Source of the DNA: Prochlorococcus sp. AG-347-I15
Lineage (GTDB): Bacteria; Cyanobacteriota; Cyanobacteriia; PCC-6307; Cyanobiaceae
Assembly (NCBI GenBank): GCA_003281585.1
Contig: QCBN01000001.1
Span: forward strand, 168,247 to 232,246
Direction: 5' to 3'
Length of the DNA stretch: 64,000 bases
The notes beneath the pieces were generated by a model. That model did no database searches and had not been told where the DNA came from. It was given only the letters and a program-made list of their open reading frames with translations. A program made the translations under genes and the position numbers. Positions within the stretch are counted from its first letter, which is position 1, and every line of letters starts with the position of its first letter. Of this stretch, positions 27,633 to 39,937 are shown in pieces.

Positions 27633-27734
27633 TTATCTCAAGTAACTAGATCCTCTATAAGTAAGCTTTATTGTTTTCTCTTCTTGGCTCTTGCAATATA
27701 CGAAAGATTTGCCGTTAAAATACATGTTTACCAT
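27633..27734 (-). CDS. DUF4278-type 33-aa peptide (yfr6-like), copy 2
   Basis: MVNMYFNGKSFVYCKSQEEKTIKLTYRGSSYLR. Confidence 0.85.
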   Translation of the reverse strand: MVNMYFNGKSFVYCKSQEEKTIKLTYRGSSYLR

Positions 27735-27752
27735 GATGCAGCTCCTGGTCTT

Positions 27753-27815
27753 GATCAAGTCCCCGTCCTATGGCTTGATTCGTACTGCGGTCTATCTAAT
27801 AGTAGATCGGACGAT
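27753..27815 (-). promoter_or_regulatory. Downstream-peptide (glutamine-II) riboswitch, copy 2
   Basis: CGTCC...GGACG stem; pseudoknot ATCAAG/CTTGAT, a compensatory change relative to copy 1. Confidence 0.75.
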
Positions 27816-27885
27816 TTGGTAGTATTTACTACACTTTATTTATAGAGTATTTATACTCAGTTGTCAACCCTTAAGATTAAAATTC

Positions 27886-28068
27886 TCAGTCGCAATAGAC
27901 TAAACAATGCTGATTAGTTGGATGATCTCTACATTCCCTCTTCCAATAGTCTTCAAATAAATGGTTATCTCTATCAAGATTTCTTGTTATTTCTTCCATT
28001 CTGTTTCCAGCATAATTAAATGCTTTTAGGTATCTTGGAAGGATTGTGAATTGATTGAATAGTTTCAT
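27886..28068 (-). CDS. CP12-C-terminus-like small protein
   Basis: MKLFNQFTI...EDYWKRECRDHPTNQHCLVYCD; AGGAGG RBS. Confidence 0.85.
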   Translation of the reverse strand: MKLFNQFTILPRYLKAFNYAGNRMEEITRNLDRDNHLFEDYWKRECRDHPTNQHCLVYCD

Positions 28069-28519
28069 TTAGACCTCCTAGATCTATACTTATATTGTCC
28101 TCCTATAGCCTTGAAATTTATAGGTCGGTTTGAGGAACTATTAGGTACGGGAAGAGGTATATATTTTGAATCAAAAAATACTAAAGCAGTCCTAAAATTA
28201 ATACATGGTTGTCATGAGGCAGTTGCAGGGATACAACTGAAGCCAACCATAAATTATTAGAGATCAATTCAAGATTTAAAACACACTCATTATTTAAAAA
28301 GAAATCTTCTCCACTTTAGATAAAACTAAAATAAATCAGGATTTGAAAACAATGTAATCATAGATACCAACAGGTATTTAGCTAATTGATTATATATTTA
28401 ACACACGAGTTAACCCGTTCCAATTTGTTGACTCTGAGGTTTTACCGTTGATTCCTTATCTTCTGAAAGTTGTTCCTTGCAGCTTTAGATTAAAAAACGG
28501 TCTTTATTTAATCTAAACC

Positions 28520-28657
28520 ATGCAAAAGAAAATCGTTAAAAAATATGCTGAATTAATGCATCAGGCGCAACAAGCTACTGGAAGAAAAGAAGCAGTTGGA
28601 CTAATACATAAAGCAGCAAAGTTAAAAACTAAATTTGATAATTACGAGATGATGTGA
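28520..28657 (+). CDS. Small helical protein (45 aa)
   Basis: MQKKIVKKYAELMHQAQQATGRKEAVGLIHKAAKLKTKFDNYEMM. Confidence 0.75.
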   Translation: MQKKIVKKYAELMHQAQQATGRKEAVGLIHKAAKLKTKFDNYEMM

Positions 28658-28690
28658 TCATCTACAAAGCAATTTTCCCAAATAAGAATG

Positions 28691-28924
28691 TCATTCTTAA
28701 ATAAATTCTCGATTAAAGATATCATTCTCTCAAGCAAAGAGGCATATCAAAAAGAACTCAAGAACAACGGTGTGGGTTCACAAATAGGAAGGTCATTATT
28801 TAATAAATTTTCGATTAAAGATATCATTCTCTCAAGCAAAGAGGCATATCAAAAAGAACTCAAGAACAACGGTGTGGGTTCACAAATAGGAAGGACATTA
28901 TTTAATAAATTTTCGATTAAAGAT
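28691..28924 (+). repeat. 102-bp tandem duplication (about 2.3 copies)
   Basis: Unit recurs at 28700, 28802 and 28904; in-frame 34-aa repeat in ORF 28688-28951. Confidence 0.95.
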
Positions 28925-29097
28925 TTTTCCTTCAATATTTCCAACAGATAAGCGTAATTTATAAAGGGGTACCGTCATGATATATAGAGGAAAGGGGTAC
29001 ACTTTCCTAAATAGAAACTTTAATGGATAATAAACATATAAACGAAGTTCTGATTCTAGCAAAATTCTAGCAGATTAATTCCTCCAAATCCCTTGAT

Positions 29098-29556
29098 ATG
29101 ACTAAAGAAAATTTTTGGCTAATGAAAAGCGAGCCTTACGCTTACAGCATAGATACTTTAAAAAATGAGGGTGTAACTTTATGGGACGGAATAAGAAATT
29201 ATCAGGCTCGAAATTTTATGAGAAAAATGAACAAAGGAGATAAGGTTTTTTTCTATCATTCGAACTGTAAACCCCCAGGTATTGTGGGACTTATGGAGGT
29301 AATAGATCTAAATATTGTTGATCCTACTCAATTTGATAAAGATTCAAAATATTTTGATCCAAAATCAAAACCTGATAATCCGAGATGGGATTGTGTAAAA
29401 GTAAAATTTCTATCTAAATCAAATAGGATGCTAAGTTTACCTGAATTAAAAATCTTATTCAGTGAAGATGAATTATTAGTCGTAAAGAAAGGGAATAGGT
29501 TGTCAATATTGCCTATCCGAAATGATATTGCAAAAATTTTAATAGAAAAAATATAA
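29098..29556 (+). CDS. EVE-domain protein
   Basis: FWLMKSEP...WDGIRNYQARNFMR...GDKVFFYHSN...RLSI. Confidence 0.95.
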   Translation: MTKENFWLMKSEPYAYSIDTLKNEGVTLWDGIRNYQARNFMRKMNKGDKVFFYHSNCKPPGIVGLMEVIDLNIVDPTQFDKDSKYFDPKSKPDNPRWDCVKVKFLSKSNRMLSLPELKILFSEDELLVVKKGNRLSILPIRNDIAKILIEKI

Positions 29557-29560
29557 AATT

Positions 29561-29812
29561 TTAGTAATCAAAATTCATGGAAAACATATTACCAATGTAA
29601 AGTCTAGTTAAATCCCTATTTTGAAATCCTTTTTGTATCAAAAATCCTGCAATAGCAGCTTGCAGTATTCGGTATTGATCCCAGTTAGGATGTTCTTCAA
29701 CAAATTCTTTCATTGCTACTTGAAGATTTTCTTGAAGTTCACATTTAAAACTAATTACTTCATCTTTCTCATTAAAAACTATTGAATTTACATCGTAATT
29801 TAACTCTTGCAT
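29561..29812 (-). CDS. DUF2811-family protein
   Basis: FVEEHPNWDQYRILQAAIAGFLIQKG. Confidence 0.85.
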   Translation of the reverse strand: MQELNYDVNSIVFNEKDEVISFKCELQENLQVAMKEFVEEHPNWDQYRILQAAIAGFLIQKGFQNRDLTRLYIGNMFSMNFDY

Positions 29813-30125
29813 TTTAAAAAATTTTGTTGAAATTTAAATCTACAAGATCCAGTTTTCTTTAAAATTATTAAATCGTCAACATGCATTAATAAGAGAGAGT
29901 CTCAGGTAATAGAATGATGAGAATATAGTCATCATAAGGGTGTTTATGAAAACTTATTTTTTAAAATTAAAATTTACAGAAATATAAAAAAATTATTTAA
30001 AAGCAGAAGTTTTCCACATGAATTAGATCACTAAATAATTTTCCTAAAAAAATTGTGGAAAAGTTGTGTAAAATTTTTTTTGTTACGGGGAAATATTTTC
30101 CAAAATTTCCAATTTAATTTATCTT

Positions 30126-30494
30126 TTAATCCATTGATTCCCACATCTTTTTTATTTCATAAAATAAATTTTGCGCTATTGGTATCGGCCAATACATTTC
30201 GAAAGATCTAGTTTGTTCTTGACTCTCAAAAACAAACCTCAAGCTCCATTCATTCTTTGTCCCTTCTAACTCAATAAACCAAGGTAATTGTTCTAATACT
30301 AAAGTGATGGACTCTTCATCCATTAATTCATTCTTGATGCCTAAAAGTTGTTTATTTATTCTTAAAAGTGAAATATAAAGAGAATCAAATTCGCTTTTTT
30401 GTAACTCGATTGACCAATTATCAATTCCTATTAAAAAACAAAATTTACCTTTTTTAAAATCTCTAAGTAATTTCCATCTTTTTTCTTCTAACAA
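30126..30494 (-). CDS. DUF1818-family protein
   Basis: FLIGIDNWSIEL...LMDEESITL...WSLRFV. Confidence 0.8.
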   Translation of the reverse strand: MLEEKRWKLLRDFKKGKFCFLIGIDNWSIELQKSEFDSLYISLLRINKQLLGIKNELMDEESITLVLEQLPWFIELEGTKNEWSLRFVFESQEQTRSFEMYWPIPIAQNLFYEIKKMWESMD

Positions 30495-30496
30495 AA

Positions 30497-30733
30497 CTAC
30501 CCTGGTAGTAAATCTGGTTGATCTTGTTCATCACTTAATTCAATAATTGACCTTTGGACAGGTTTAATAGTTGATTCCTCTAAAAGTCCATCAAAATCAT
30601 CAAAACGTCTTTGTTTAGCTCTGAAAGCAATTCTCACTGTAGTTAAGTATCTATTGGTTGATTTTCTTATTAAACTTTCACCTCTTTTGGCAAGATCATT
30701 AGAATCAATTCCAGCGCTATTAGATACGTTCAT
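30497..30733 (-). CDS. rpoZ: RNA polymerase omega subunit
   Basis: [20 protein letters not shown]...[13 protein letters not shown]. Confidence 0.92.
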   Translation of the reverse strand: MNVSNSAGIDSNDLAKRGESLIRKSTNRYLTTVRIAFRAKQRRFDDFDGLLEESTIKPVQRSIIELSDEQDQPDLLPG

Positions 30734-30808
30734 TAAAAAATTTATTTATTATAAATATTTTACAATTTATTGGACAGATTCAAAACATAAATTACAAAAC
30801 GAACTTAA

Positions 30809-32398
30809 TTGATTCATAAAACAATTCACATGGAAACAAATTTATCTGGAACACTTGCTATAGATTTAGGGAATACTAATACCGTAGTAGCCTTTCAAGA
30901 TGAAAAAGATATAAATTCTGTTTTAGTTGAAATACCAACTATTACATCTTCTCCAGGAGTTATCCCTACAGCAGTTTGGTTCGATGAGCCTTCAAAAATA
31001 CTCAAAATAGGTATTAGCGCAATAAATATGAGAAGTAACTTTAATTCGGATTTATATTTTCATTCAAACTTTAAACGATTAATTGGAAATCCAAATGAAA
31101 AAATTAACCAAACAAATATTCTAAATCCTGCTGAGTGTGGTGAGAAATTTTTTAAATTTTTGTGGGAAAACATTCCTCAAAAATATGAAATCAAGAGACT
31201 TGTTTTAACTGCTCCTATTGATACGTACAAGGGGTACAGAGAATGGTTAATAAACCTTTGCGGTGATATAGCTGTAGATGAAATAGCACTAGTTGATGAA
31301 CCTACTGCGGCAAGTTTGGGAATTAATGTACCGTTTGGCTCCAAAATCATGACATTGGATATTGGAGGAAGCACAATTGATATGAATATAGTAAAAATTG
31401 AAGGTGGAGAAGGAAAGTCTGGTCCCATAGCAGAATTATTAAAATTTAAAGGCAACGATGTTAGCTCAATTTCAAAACAAAAAGTAAGATGTGCTGAAAT
31501 AATCAGTAAAACAGGCTCAAAAATTGGTGGTAAAGATATTGATCAATGGATAGTTGATTATTTTATTCCAAACAATAAACTTGCCATCAATCTTTTAAAG
31601 GCAGAAGAAGTAAAATGTAAACTAAGCGCGCCTCAAATAAAATATGATAATAAACTTCCAACAAAATTTTTAACTGAAGATAATCAAGAAAAAGATTTTT
31701 ACCTTAGTAAAGAAATATTTGAGAAAATTATTGTTGAGAATAATCTACTTAATCACCTTAATGCCCTACTTAAAGATTTATTAAATGAGGCAAGAGGCAA
31801 ATTTTGTACAGTAGATGACTTAAGTTCAATTATCTTAGTTGGAGGGGGTAGTCAAATACCATTAATTAGAGAATGGATAACAAAAAAGATTTCAAAAATT
31901 CAAATTAAGTCACCGCCTCCAATTGAATCAATTGCTTTAGGAGCTTTAGCAATGACCCCAGGTGTAAAAATTAAAGACATATTGAACAAAGGATTATCCA
32001 TAAGATTATTTAATAGAAGAGAAAAAAAGCACTTCTGGCATCCAATTTTTTGCAAAGGTCAAACATGGCCAACTGAAAACCCCCTAAAACTGATACTTCA
32101 ACCAAGTAAAGATAATCAAAAAATATTTGAAATAATCATTGGAGAAACAAAAAAAGAAAGAGAATATGATGTGATTTTTGAAAATGGATTACCAAAATTA
32201 TCAGAGGTTCAGAGTGAAGAGGAAATTATAAAATGGGACAAAAAACCATTCAAAATCGTCCTAAAAAATAAATCTAATATTGGAGAAGACACATTAAAAC
32301 TTTTTTTTAAGATCAATGAAAAGGCTGATTTACATGTTAAGTATTTCGATACTAAAGATGAATTATTAGGAGAATATAACTTAGGAAATATTTTCTAA
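30809..32398 (+). CDS. Hsp70/DnaK-like protein
   Basis: AIDLGNTNT, DEPTAA, DIGGST, LVGGGSQIP motifs; start may be 30830. Confidence 0.9.
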   Translation: MIHKTIHMETNLSGTLAIDLGNTNTVVAFQDEKDINSVLVEIPTITSSPGVIPTAVWFDEPSKILKIGISAINMRSNFNSDLYFHSNFKRLIGNPNEKINQTNILNPAECGEKFFKFLWENIPQKYEIKRLVLTAPIDTYKGYREWLINLCGDIAVDEIALVDEPTAASLGINVPFGSKIMTLDIGGSTIDMNIVKIEGGEGKSGPIAELLKFKGNDVSSISKQKVRCAEIISKTGSKIGGKDIDQWIVDYFIPNNKLAINLLKAEEVKCKLSAPQIKYDNKLPTKFLTEDNQEKDFYLSKEIFEKIIVENNLLNHLNALLKDLLNEARGKFCTVDDLSSIILVGGGSQIPLIREWITKKISKIQIKSPPPIESIALGALAMTPGVKIKDILNKGLSIRLFNRREKKHFWHPIFCKGQTWPTENPLKLILQPSKDNQKIFEIIIGETKKEREYDVIFENGLPKLSEVQSEEEIIKWDKKPFKIVLKNKSNIGEDTLKLFFKINEKADLHVKYFDTKDELLGEYNLGNIF

Positions 32399-32401
32399 AA
32401 G

Positions 32402-32938
32402 CTATTCAAGAAAAACTCCTTCTTCATTATCAATATTATTTAAACGTAAACTAATACTTTGATTTTTACTAGTTGGAACTCTTTTACCATAAAAATCAGG
32501 CTGGATAGGCAATTCTCTATGACCTCTATCTACCATTACCAATAACATCACTCTTTTAGGTCTGCCCCATGAATATAAAGCATCCATTGCTGCTCTAATT
32601 GTTCTACCAGTATAAATTACATCATCTATTAAGAGAATTTCTTGTTTTTCAATTGGAGTTGGGATTTCTGTTGCTTTTATTAAGCGAGTTCCAACTCTAT
32701 TTTGATCATCTCTATAAAAGGTTGGATCAATTATTCCTCTTCTTATTTTTACACCTGTCTTATCAGATAATTCTTTTTCTAGAACCTCGGCAAGATCAAT
32801 TCCTCTAGTAGGAATACCAACCAAAAGTAGGTTTTCTAAATTTTTTACTTTTTCAATAATTTCTGAAGTTAAACGTGAAAGGGTTTTTCTAAGCTCATTT
32901 TCAGTAAGTATTACGATCCTTTTTGTTTTATTGGACAT
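32402..32938 (-). CDS. pyrR: PyrR regulator / uracil phosphoribosyltransferase
   Basis: LIDDVIYTGRTIRAA, DRGHRELPIQPD. Confidence 0.97.
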   Translation of the reverse strand: MSNKTKRIVILTENELRKTLSRLTSEIIEKVKNLENLLLVGIPTRGIDLAEVLEKELSDKTGVKIRRGIIDPTFYRDDQNRVGTRLIKATEIPTPIEKQEILLIDDVIYTGRTIRAAMDALYSWGRPKRVMLLVMVDRGHRELPIQPDFYGKRVPTSKNQSISLRLNNIDNEEGVFLE

Positions 32939-33023
32939 GATTTATCAATAAAATAAGTCGTTTGATATTTCATAAATTAGCAAAAGCTAACTATATTAAA
33001 TATAGATTGTTAAAGAGTAGCTT

Positions 33024-34697
33024 TTGAAGCTAGATTTAAGGTTAGATCACTTAACAATGAAATTTGATCTAAAAATGTCAAAGATTAGCAGCAAAAATAT
33101 AAACAGATTAAATGTTCCTCAGAGCCCTGTAGTTCTTGCAATTCTCGATGGATGGGGATATCGAGAAGATATGTCAGATAATGCTATAAAAAGTGCCTCT
33201 ACACCTATTATGGATTCACTATGGCATGCATATCCTCATACTCTGATAAGTGCTAGTGGTTCAGATGTCGGCCTCCCAGATGGTCAAATGGGTAATTCAG
33301 AGGTTGGTCACCTTACCATTGGTTCTGGAAGGATAATCCAACAAGAACTCGTAAGAATTTCAAATATTGTAAAAAATAATCAATTAGGCTTGGTTGATGA
33401 TTTAAAGGACTTAGCTGATTCTTTAAAGAAAAACAATTCTACTTTGCATATCACAGGATTATGTTCTGATGGAGGAGTGCATAGTCATATTGATCATTTA
33501 TTAGGATTAATAAAATGGGCATCTGATAATGGCATCAAAAAAGTTGCAATTCATATAATTACTGATGGGAGAGATACTCCCTCAAAAAGTGCATCGAAAT
33601 ATCTAAATAAAATAGAGTCTTGCATAAAAAAATATAATACTGGCGAAATAGCCTCTATTTGTGGAAGATACTGGATAATGGATAGAAATCTTTTATGGGA
33701 TAGAACCGAAAAAGCTTATATTAATTTGACAGATGCAGACCTTAAAGTAACAAATATATCTCCGCAAGATTACATACAAAAAAGCTATGACAAAAATATA
33801 ACTGATGAATTTATAGAACCCCTTCGATTATCTGATAACTATCTAAAAGATGGAGATAGTTTAATTTGCTTTAACTTCCGTCCTGACAGAGCAAGACAAA
33901 TAATAAAATCCCTTTGTGATAAAGAATTTTTAGACTTTGAAAGAAAATTTTTTCCAGATCTAGAATTAGTTACTTTCACACAATATGATCCAAACTTTCC
34001 AGTTAAAGTTGCATTTCCTCCTGAATCTCTCAATAATTTTATAGGTCAAATAGTGTCAGAACACGGACTAAAGCAATACAGAACAGCTGAAACAGAAAAA
34101 TATCCTCACGTAACATATTTTTTTAATGGAGGAGTAGAAATTCCTTTACCTGGAGAAGAGAGACATTTAATTCCATCTCCAAGAGTTGCAACTTACGATA
34201 TGAAACCCGAAATGTCTGCGGAAGAATTAACTATTAGTTGCGCTAAAGCAATTAAAAGTGGTAACTATGCTTTTGTTGTAATCAATTTTGCTAATCCTGA
34301 TATGGTGGGTCATACAGGTAACATGGATGCGACTATTAAAGCTATTGAAACAGTAGACAAATGTATAGGTCAAATAGTTAATGCTACTGGAGAAATGGGC
34401 GGAAGCATCCTCATAACTGCAGATCATGGAAATGCAGAGGTCATGAAAGGTCCTGCAGGAGAACCATGGACGGCTCATACCATAAATAAAGTTCCTTTAA
34501 TTTTCATTGAGGGTGAGAAAAGAAAAATCCCCAATATGGGAAATGATATTTATTTGAGGGATAATGCTGGATTGGCAGATATTGCTCCAACTTTATTGCA
34601 ATTATTGAATCTACCAATTCCAACAGAAATGACGGGGAAATCTCTTATTAAAGAAATCGAATTAAAAGGGTATAATAAAGTCGTACAACACGTCTAA
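33024..34697 (+). CDS. gpmI: 2,3-BPG-independent phosphoglycerate mutase
   Basis: [31 protein letters not shown]; true start probably later. Confidence 0.97.
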   Translation: MKLDLRLDHLTMKFDLKMSKISSKNINRLNVPQSPVVLAILDGWGYREDMSDNAIKSASTPIMDSLWHAYPHTLISASGSDVGLPDGQMGNSEVGHLTIGSGRIIQQELVRISNIVKNNQLGLVDDLKDLADSLKKNNSTLHITGLCSDGGVHSHIDHLLGLIKWASDNGIKKVAIHIITDGRDTPSKSASKYLNKIESCIKKYNTGEIASICGRYWIMDRNLLWDRTEKAYINLTDADLKVTNISPQDYIQKSYDKNITDEFIEPLRLSDNYLKDGDSLICFNFRPDRARQIIKSLCDKEFLDFERKFFPDLELVTFTQYDPNFPVKVAFPPESLNNFIGQIVSEHGLKQYRTAETEKYPHVTYFFNGGVEIPLPGEERHLIPSPRVATYDMKPEMSAEELTISCAKAIKSGNYAFVVINFANPDMVGHTGNMDATIKAIETVDKCIGQIVNATGEMGGSILITADHGNAEVMKGPAGEPWTAHTINKVPLIFIEGEKRKIPNMGNDIYLRDNAGLADIAPTLLQLLNLPIPTEMTGKSLIKEIELKGYNKVVQHV

Positions 34698-34717
34698 AAT
34701 TAATAAATTTACCAACA

Positions 34718-34945
34718 ATGGTTCAAATTTTTAGTTGGATATGGGTAATTTCTGGATTACTTTTAATACTTTTAGTTTTACTTCACAGTCCCAAAGGTGA
34801 TGGAATGGGAGGAATAGCGGCCAGTGGAAGTTCAATGTTTAATAGTGCAAGCAGTGCAGAAGCATCTTTGAATAAAATAACTTGGACTTTTTTATTTGTA
34901 TTTCTGTCACTTGCAATAATTCTTAGCGCTGGCTGGATATCATAA
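34718..34945 (+). CDS. secG: Preprotein translocase SecG
   Basis: VLLHSPKGDGMGG...EASLNKITW. Confidence 0.95.
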   Translation: MVQIFSWIWVISGLLLILLVLLHSPKGDGMGGIAASGSSMFNSASSAEASLNKITWTFLFVFLSLAIILSAGWIS

Positions 34946-34957
34946 AGATTAAAAAGA

Positions 34958-34992
34958 AAAAAAGGGATCACACAATATGATCCCTTTTTTTT
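34958..34992. terminator. Bidirectional terminator between secG and groEL
   Basis: A-run GGGATCA-loop-TGATCCC T-run. Confidence 0.85.
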
Positions 34993-35016
34993 AAATTTAG
35001 TAATTAACTACTTTAG

Positions 35017-36681
<1,665 letters not shown>

Positions 36682-36704
36682 TTAATAATTTTTGAAACAA
36701 ATAT

Positions 36705-37016
36705 TTAGCCAACAACAGCTAAAATATCTTTTTCAGAGAGCAAGACATATTCATCTCCTCCCAATTTAATGTCTGTTCCAGCATATTTGCTGTACAGAAC
36801 TTTATCGCCAATACTCACCTCTGGAGTTTGTCGAGAACCATCGTCATTGAGTTTCCCAGGACCAACCTGGGCAACCTCTCCTACCTGTGGTTTTTCTTTA
36901 GCTGAATCAGGCAAAAGAATGCCCCCAGCAGTTTTTTCCTCAGATGCGGAAACTTTAATAAATATTCTATCTCCCAGTGGTTTAACTGTAGAGACTGTAA
37001 GTGAAACAGCTGCCAT
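36705..37016 (-). CDS. groES: Co-chaperonin GroES
   Basis: KPLGDRI...[17 protein letters not shown]. Confidence 0.99.
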
Positions 37017-37132
37017 AGATTAATGGAGGATCATAATTGAGACGCTTTACGTCATAAAATGGAACGAGGAATACTCGATCCGTATCAACAACAACATAGA
37101 CTGCGGAGCGGCAATTAAACCATACTTTGACT

Positions 37133-37148
37133 GTGCGGGTGGCCGAAC
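37133..37148 (-). promoter_or_regulatory. K-box upstream of groESL
   Basis: Minus strand GTTCGG-CCAC-CCGCAC fits the cyanobacterial K-box GTTCGG-NNAN-CCNNAC. Confidence 0.75.
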
Positions 37149-37214
37149 CCATTTAACGAATCTACCCATGAGATGGTAGTATTTTCGGATCAAGAGCTGT
37201 TTAAAATCAGCTAA

Positions 37215-38693
<1,479 letters not shown>

Positions 38694-38733
38694 ATATTTA
38701 AATAGATATTTAACCTTCAATAATTTTAAATTA

Positions 38734-39138
38734 ATGGCAATTTCTCTAAAAGTTTTAGCTCCTAATAAAAACGTTTATCAAGGCGAAGCTGAAGAAGTAA
38801 TCCTTCCTAGTACTACTGGTCAACTTGGTATACTACCAGGACACATCTCTTTAGTTACTGCAATAGATATTGGCGTATTAAGGCTAAGAATGAATTCCCA
38901 GTGGAAATCAATAGCCCTTATGGGAGGCTTCGCTGAAATTGAATCAGATGAAGTTATAGTTTTAGTAAATAATGCTGAAATTGGTTCTGAAATTAATGTT
39001 CAAAATGCTGAACAAGATCTTAAAGAAGCAAAATTAGCAATTAGCAAATTTTCTGAAAATGAAAAAAATCCAGAGAAAATTAAAGCCTTGAAAGAGGTTT
39101 CAAAGGCTGAGGCTAGGATTCAAGCTGCAAAGAACTAA
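38734..39138 (+). CDS. atpC: ATP synthase epsilon subunit
   Basis: [21 protein letters not shown]. Confidence 0.97.
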   Translation: MAISLKVLAPNKNVYQGEAEEVILPSTTGQLGILPGHISLVTAIDIGVLRLRMNSQWKSIALMGGFAEIESDEVIVLVNNAEIGSEINVQNAEQDLKEAKLAISKFSENEKNPEKIKALKEVSKAEARIQAAKN

Positions 39139-39141
39139 TAT

Positions 39142-39618
39142 TTAAGCGGTTCCACAAAAAGTTACTTCGGGAAACTTCAATTTGGCTTCTTCTAATTTTT
39201 TTGTCTTACCTTCTTCTTGCCAATAATTTATCACTTCAGTAGCTTTATTCAAAATCTCTACTCTTTCGTTATTTGTAATCCAACCTTTATTCTCAAGTTC
39301 ACTTTTTAATTTTTCCCAAGCATCATCTCTTGGCCAAAAATAATAAGCAGTAAGAGGGCTTGGTCCTCCACCTACTATTTGATCAACTGCTAAAGCCACA
39401 TTATCAGGTAACCACAATACTTTAATTATGAACCTTCCTTCATCAGGTTTAGGCGTATAACCAGTAGGTACTCCATCTTCATCAATTGTGGCAGCCGCCA
39501 ATACAGCTGTGGCACCCATCATTCCTGAATTAGGAGAAGAATTTTTAGAGTTTGGTGCATCACTGTTTTTTTCTTTTTTTTCTTTTGAATTTTGATTTAA
39601 CTTATCTGATGAGGTCAT
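39142..39618 (-). CDS. ycf65: 30S ribosomal protein PSRP-3 (Ycf65)
   Basis: [15 protein letters not shown]...[18 protein letters not shown]...INYWQE. Confidence 0.9.
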   Translation of the reverse strand: MTSSDKLNQNSKEKKEKNSDAPNSKNSSPNSGMMGATAVLAAATIDEDGVPTGYTPKPDEGRFIIKVLWLPDNVALAVDQIVGGGPSPLTAYYFWPRDDAWEKLKSELENKGWITNNERVEILNKATEVINYWQEEGKTKKLEEAKLKFPEVTFCGTA

Positions 39619-39724
39619 TCACTTTTTTAGGTTCAATAAATAATTTATCAGTTTATGGACACATTTTGATTGATTTATTCAAAATTTCTTGATTTTAGTT
39701 ATCGCTAACTTACAAACAGAATTT

Positions 39725-39883
39725 TTATCTATCATGAGATACTTCATAAAAATCATAAATAGTGGCTTCCAATGAATCCCAAAGATCTTTGGGAATATCG
39801 TTTTCTTCTGCGAACATGCCAAGCTGACTAGCTAAGCCTCTTGCTTGAGAGAGTTTCGAATCATATGAATCGGACTTATTCAT
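39725..39883 (-). CDS. Hypothetical small protein (52 aa)
   Basis: MNKSDSYDSKLSQARGLASQLGMFAEENDIPKDLWDSLEATIYDFYEVSHDR. Confidence 0.7.
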   Translation of the reverse strand: MNKSDSYDSKLSQARGLASQLGMFAEENDIPKDLWDSLEATIYDFYEVSHDR

Positions 39884-39937
39884 TTTTGAGCTTTAAACTT
39901 AATAAAAAATAAATCTATTAACTTGATAAGTCAAATT

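Larger units (their letters stand above)
695..29097. mobile_element. Hypervariable genomic island (probably ISL5-equivalent); no integrase seen
   Basis: Low coding density, many tiny ORFs, hli genes, internal duplications, a pseudogene and att-like repeats. Abrupt switch to core genes at the EVE gene. Left boundary uncertain. Confidence 0.7.

Noticed and set aside
27621-27845. 74-aa + strand ORF in the track
   Set aside because: Antisense to the riboswitch and DUF4278 unit; the equivalent frame in copy 1 has stop codons.
28691-28924. Possible CRISPR array
   Set aside because: Whole 102-bp units are duplicated with no unique spacers, and there are no cas genes.
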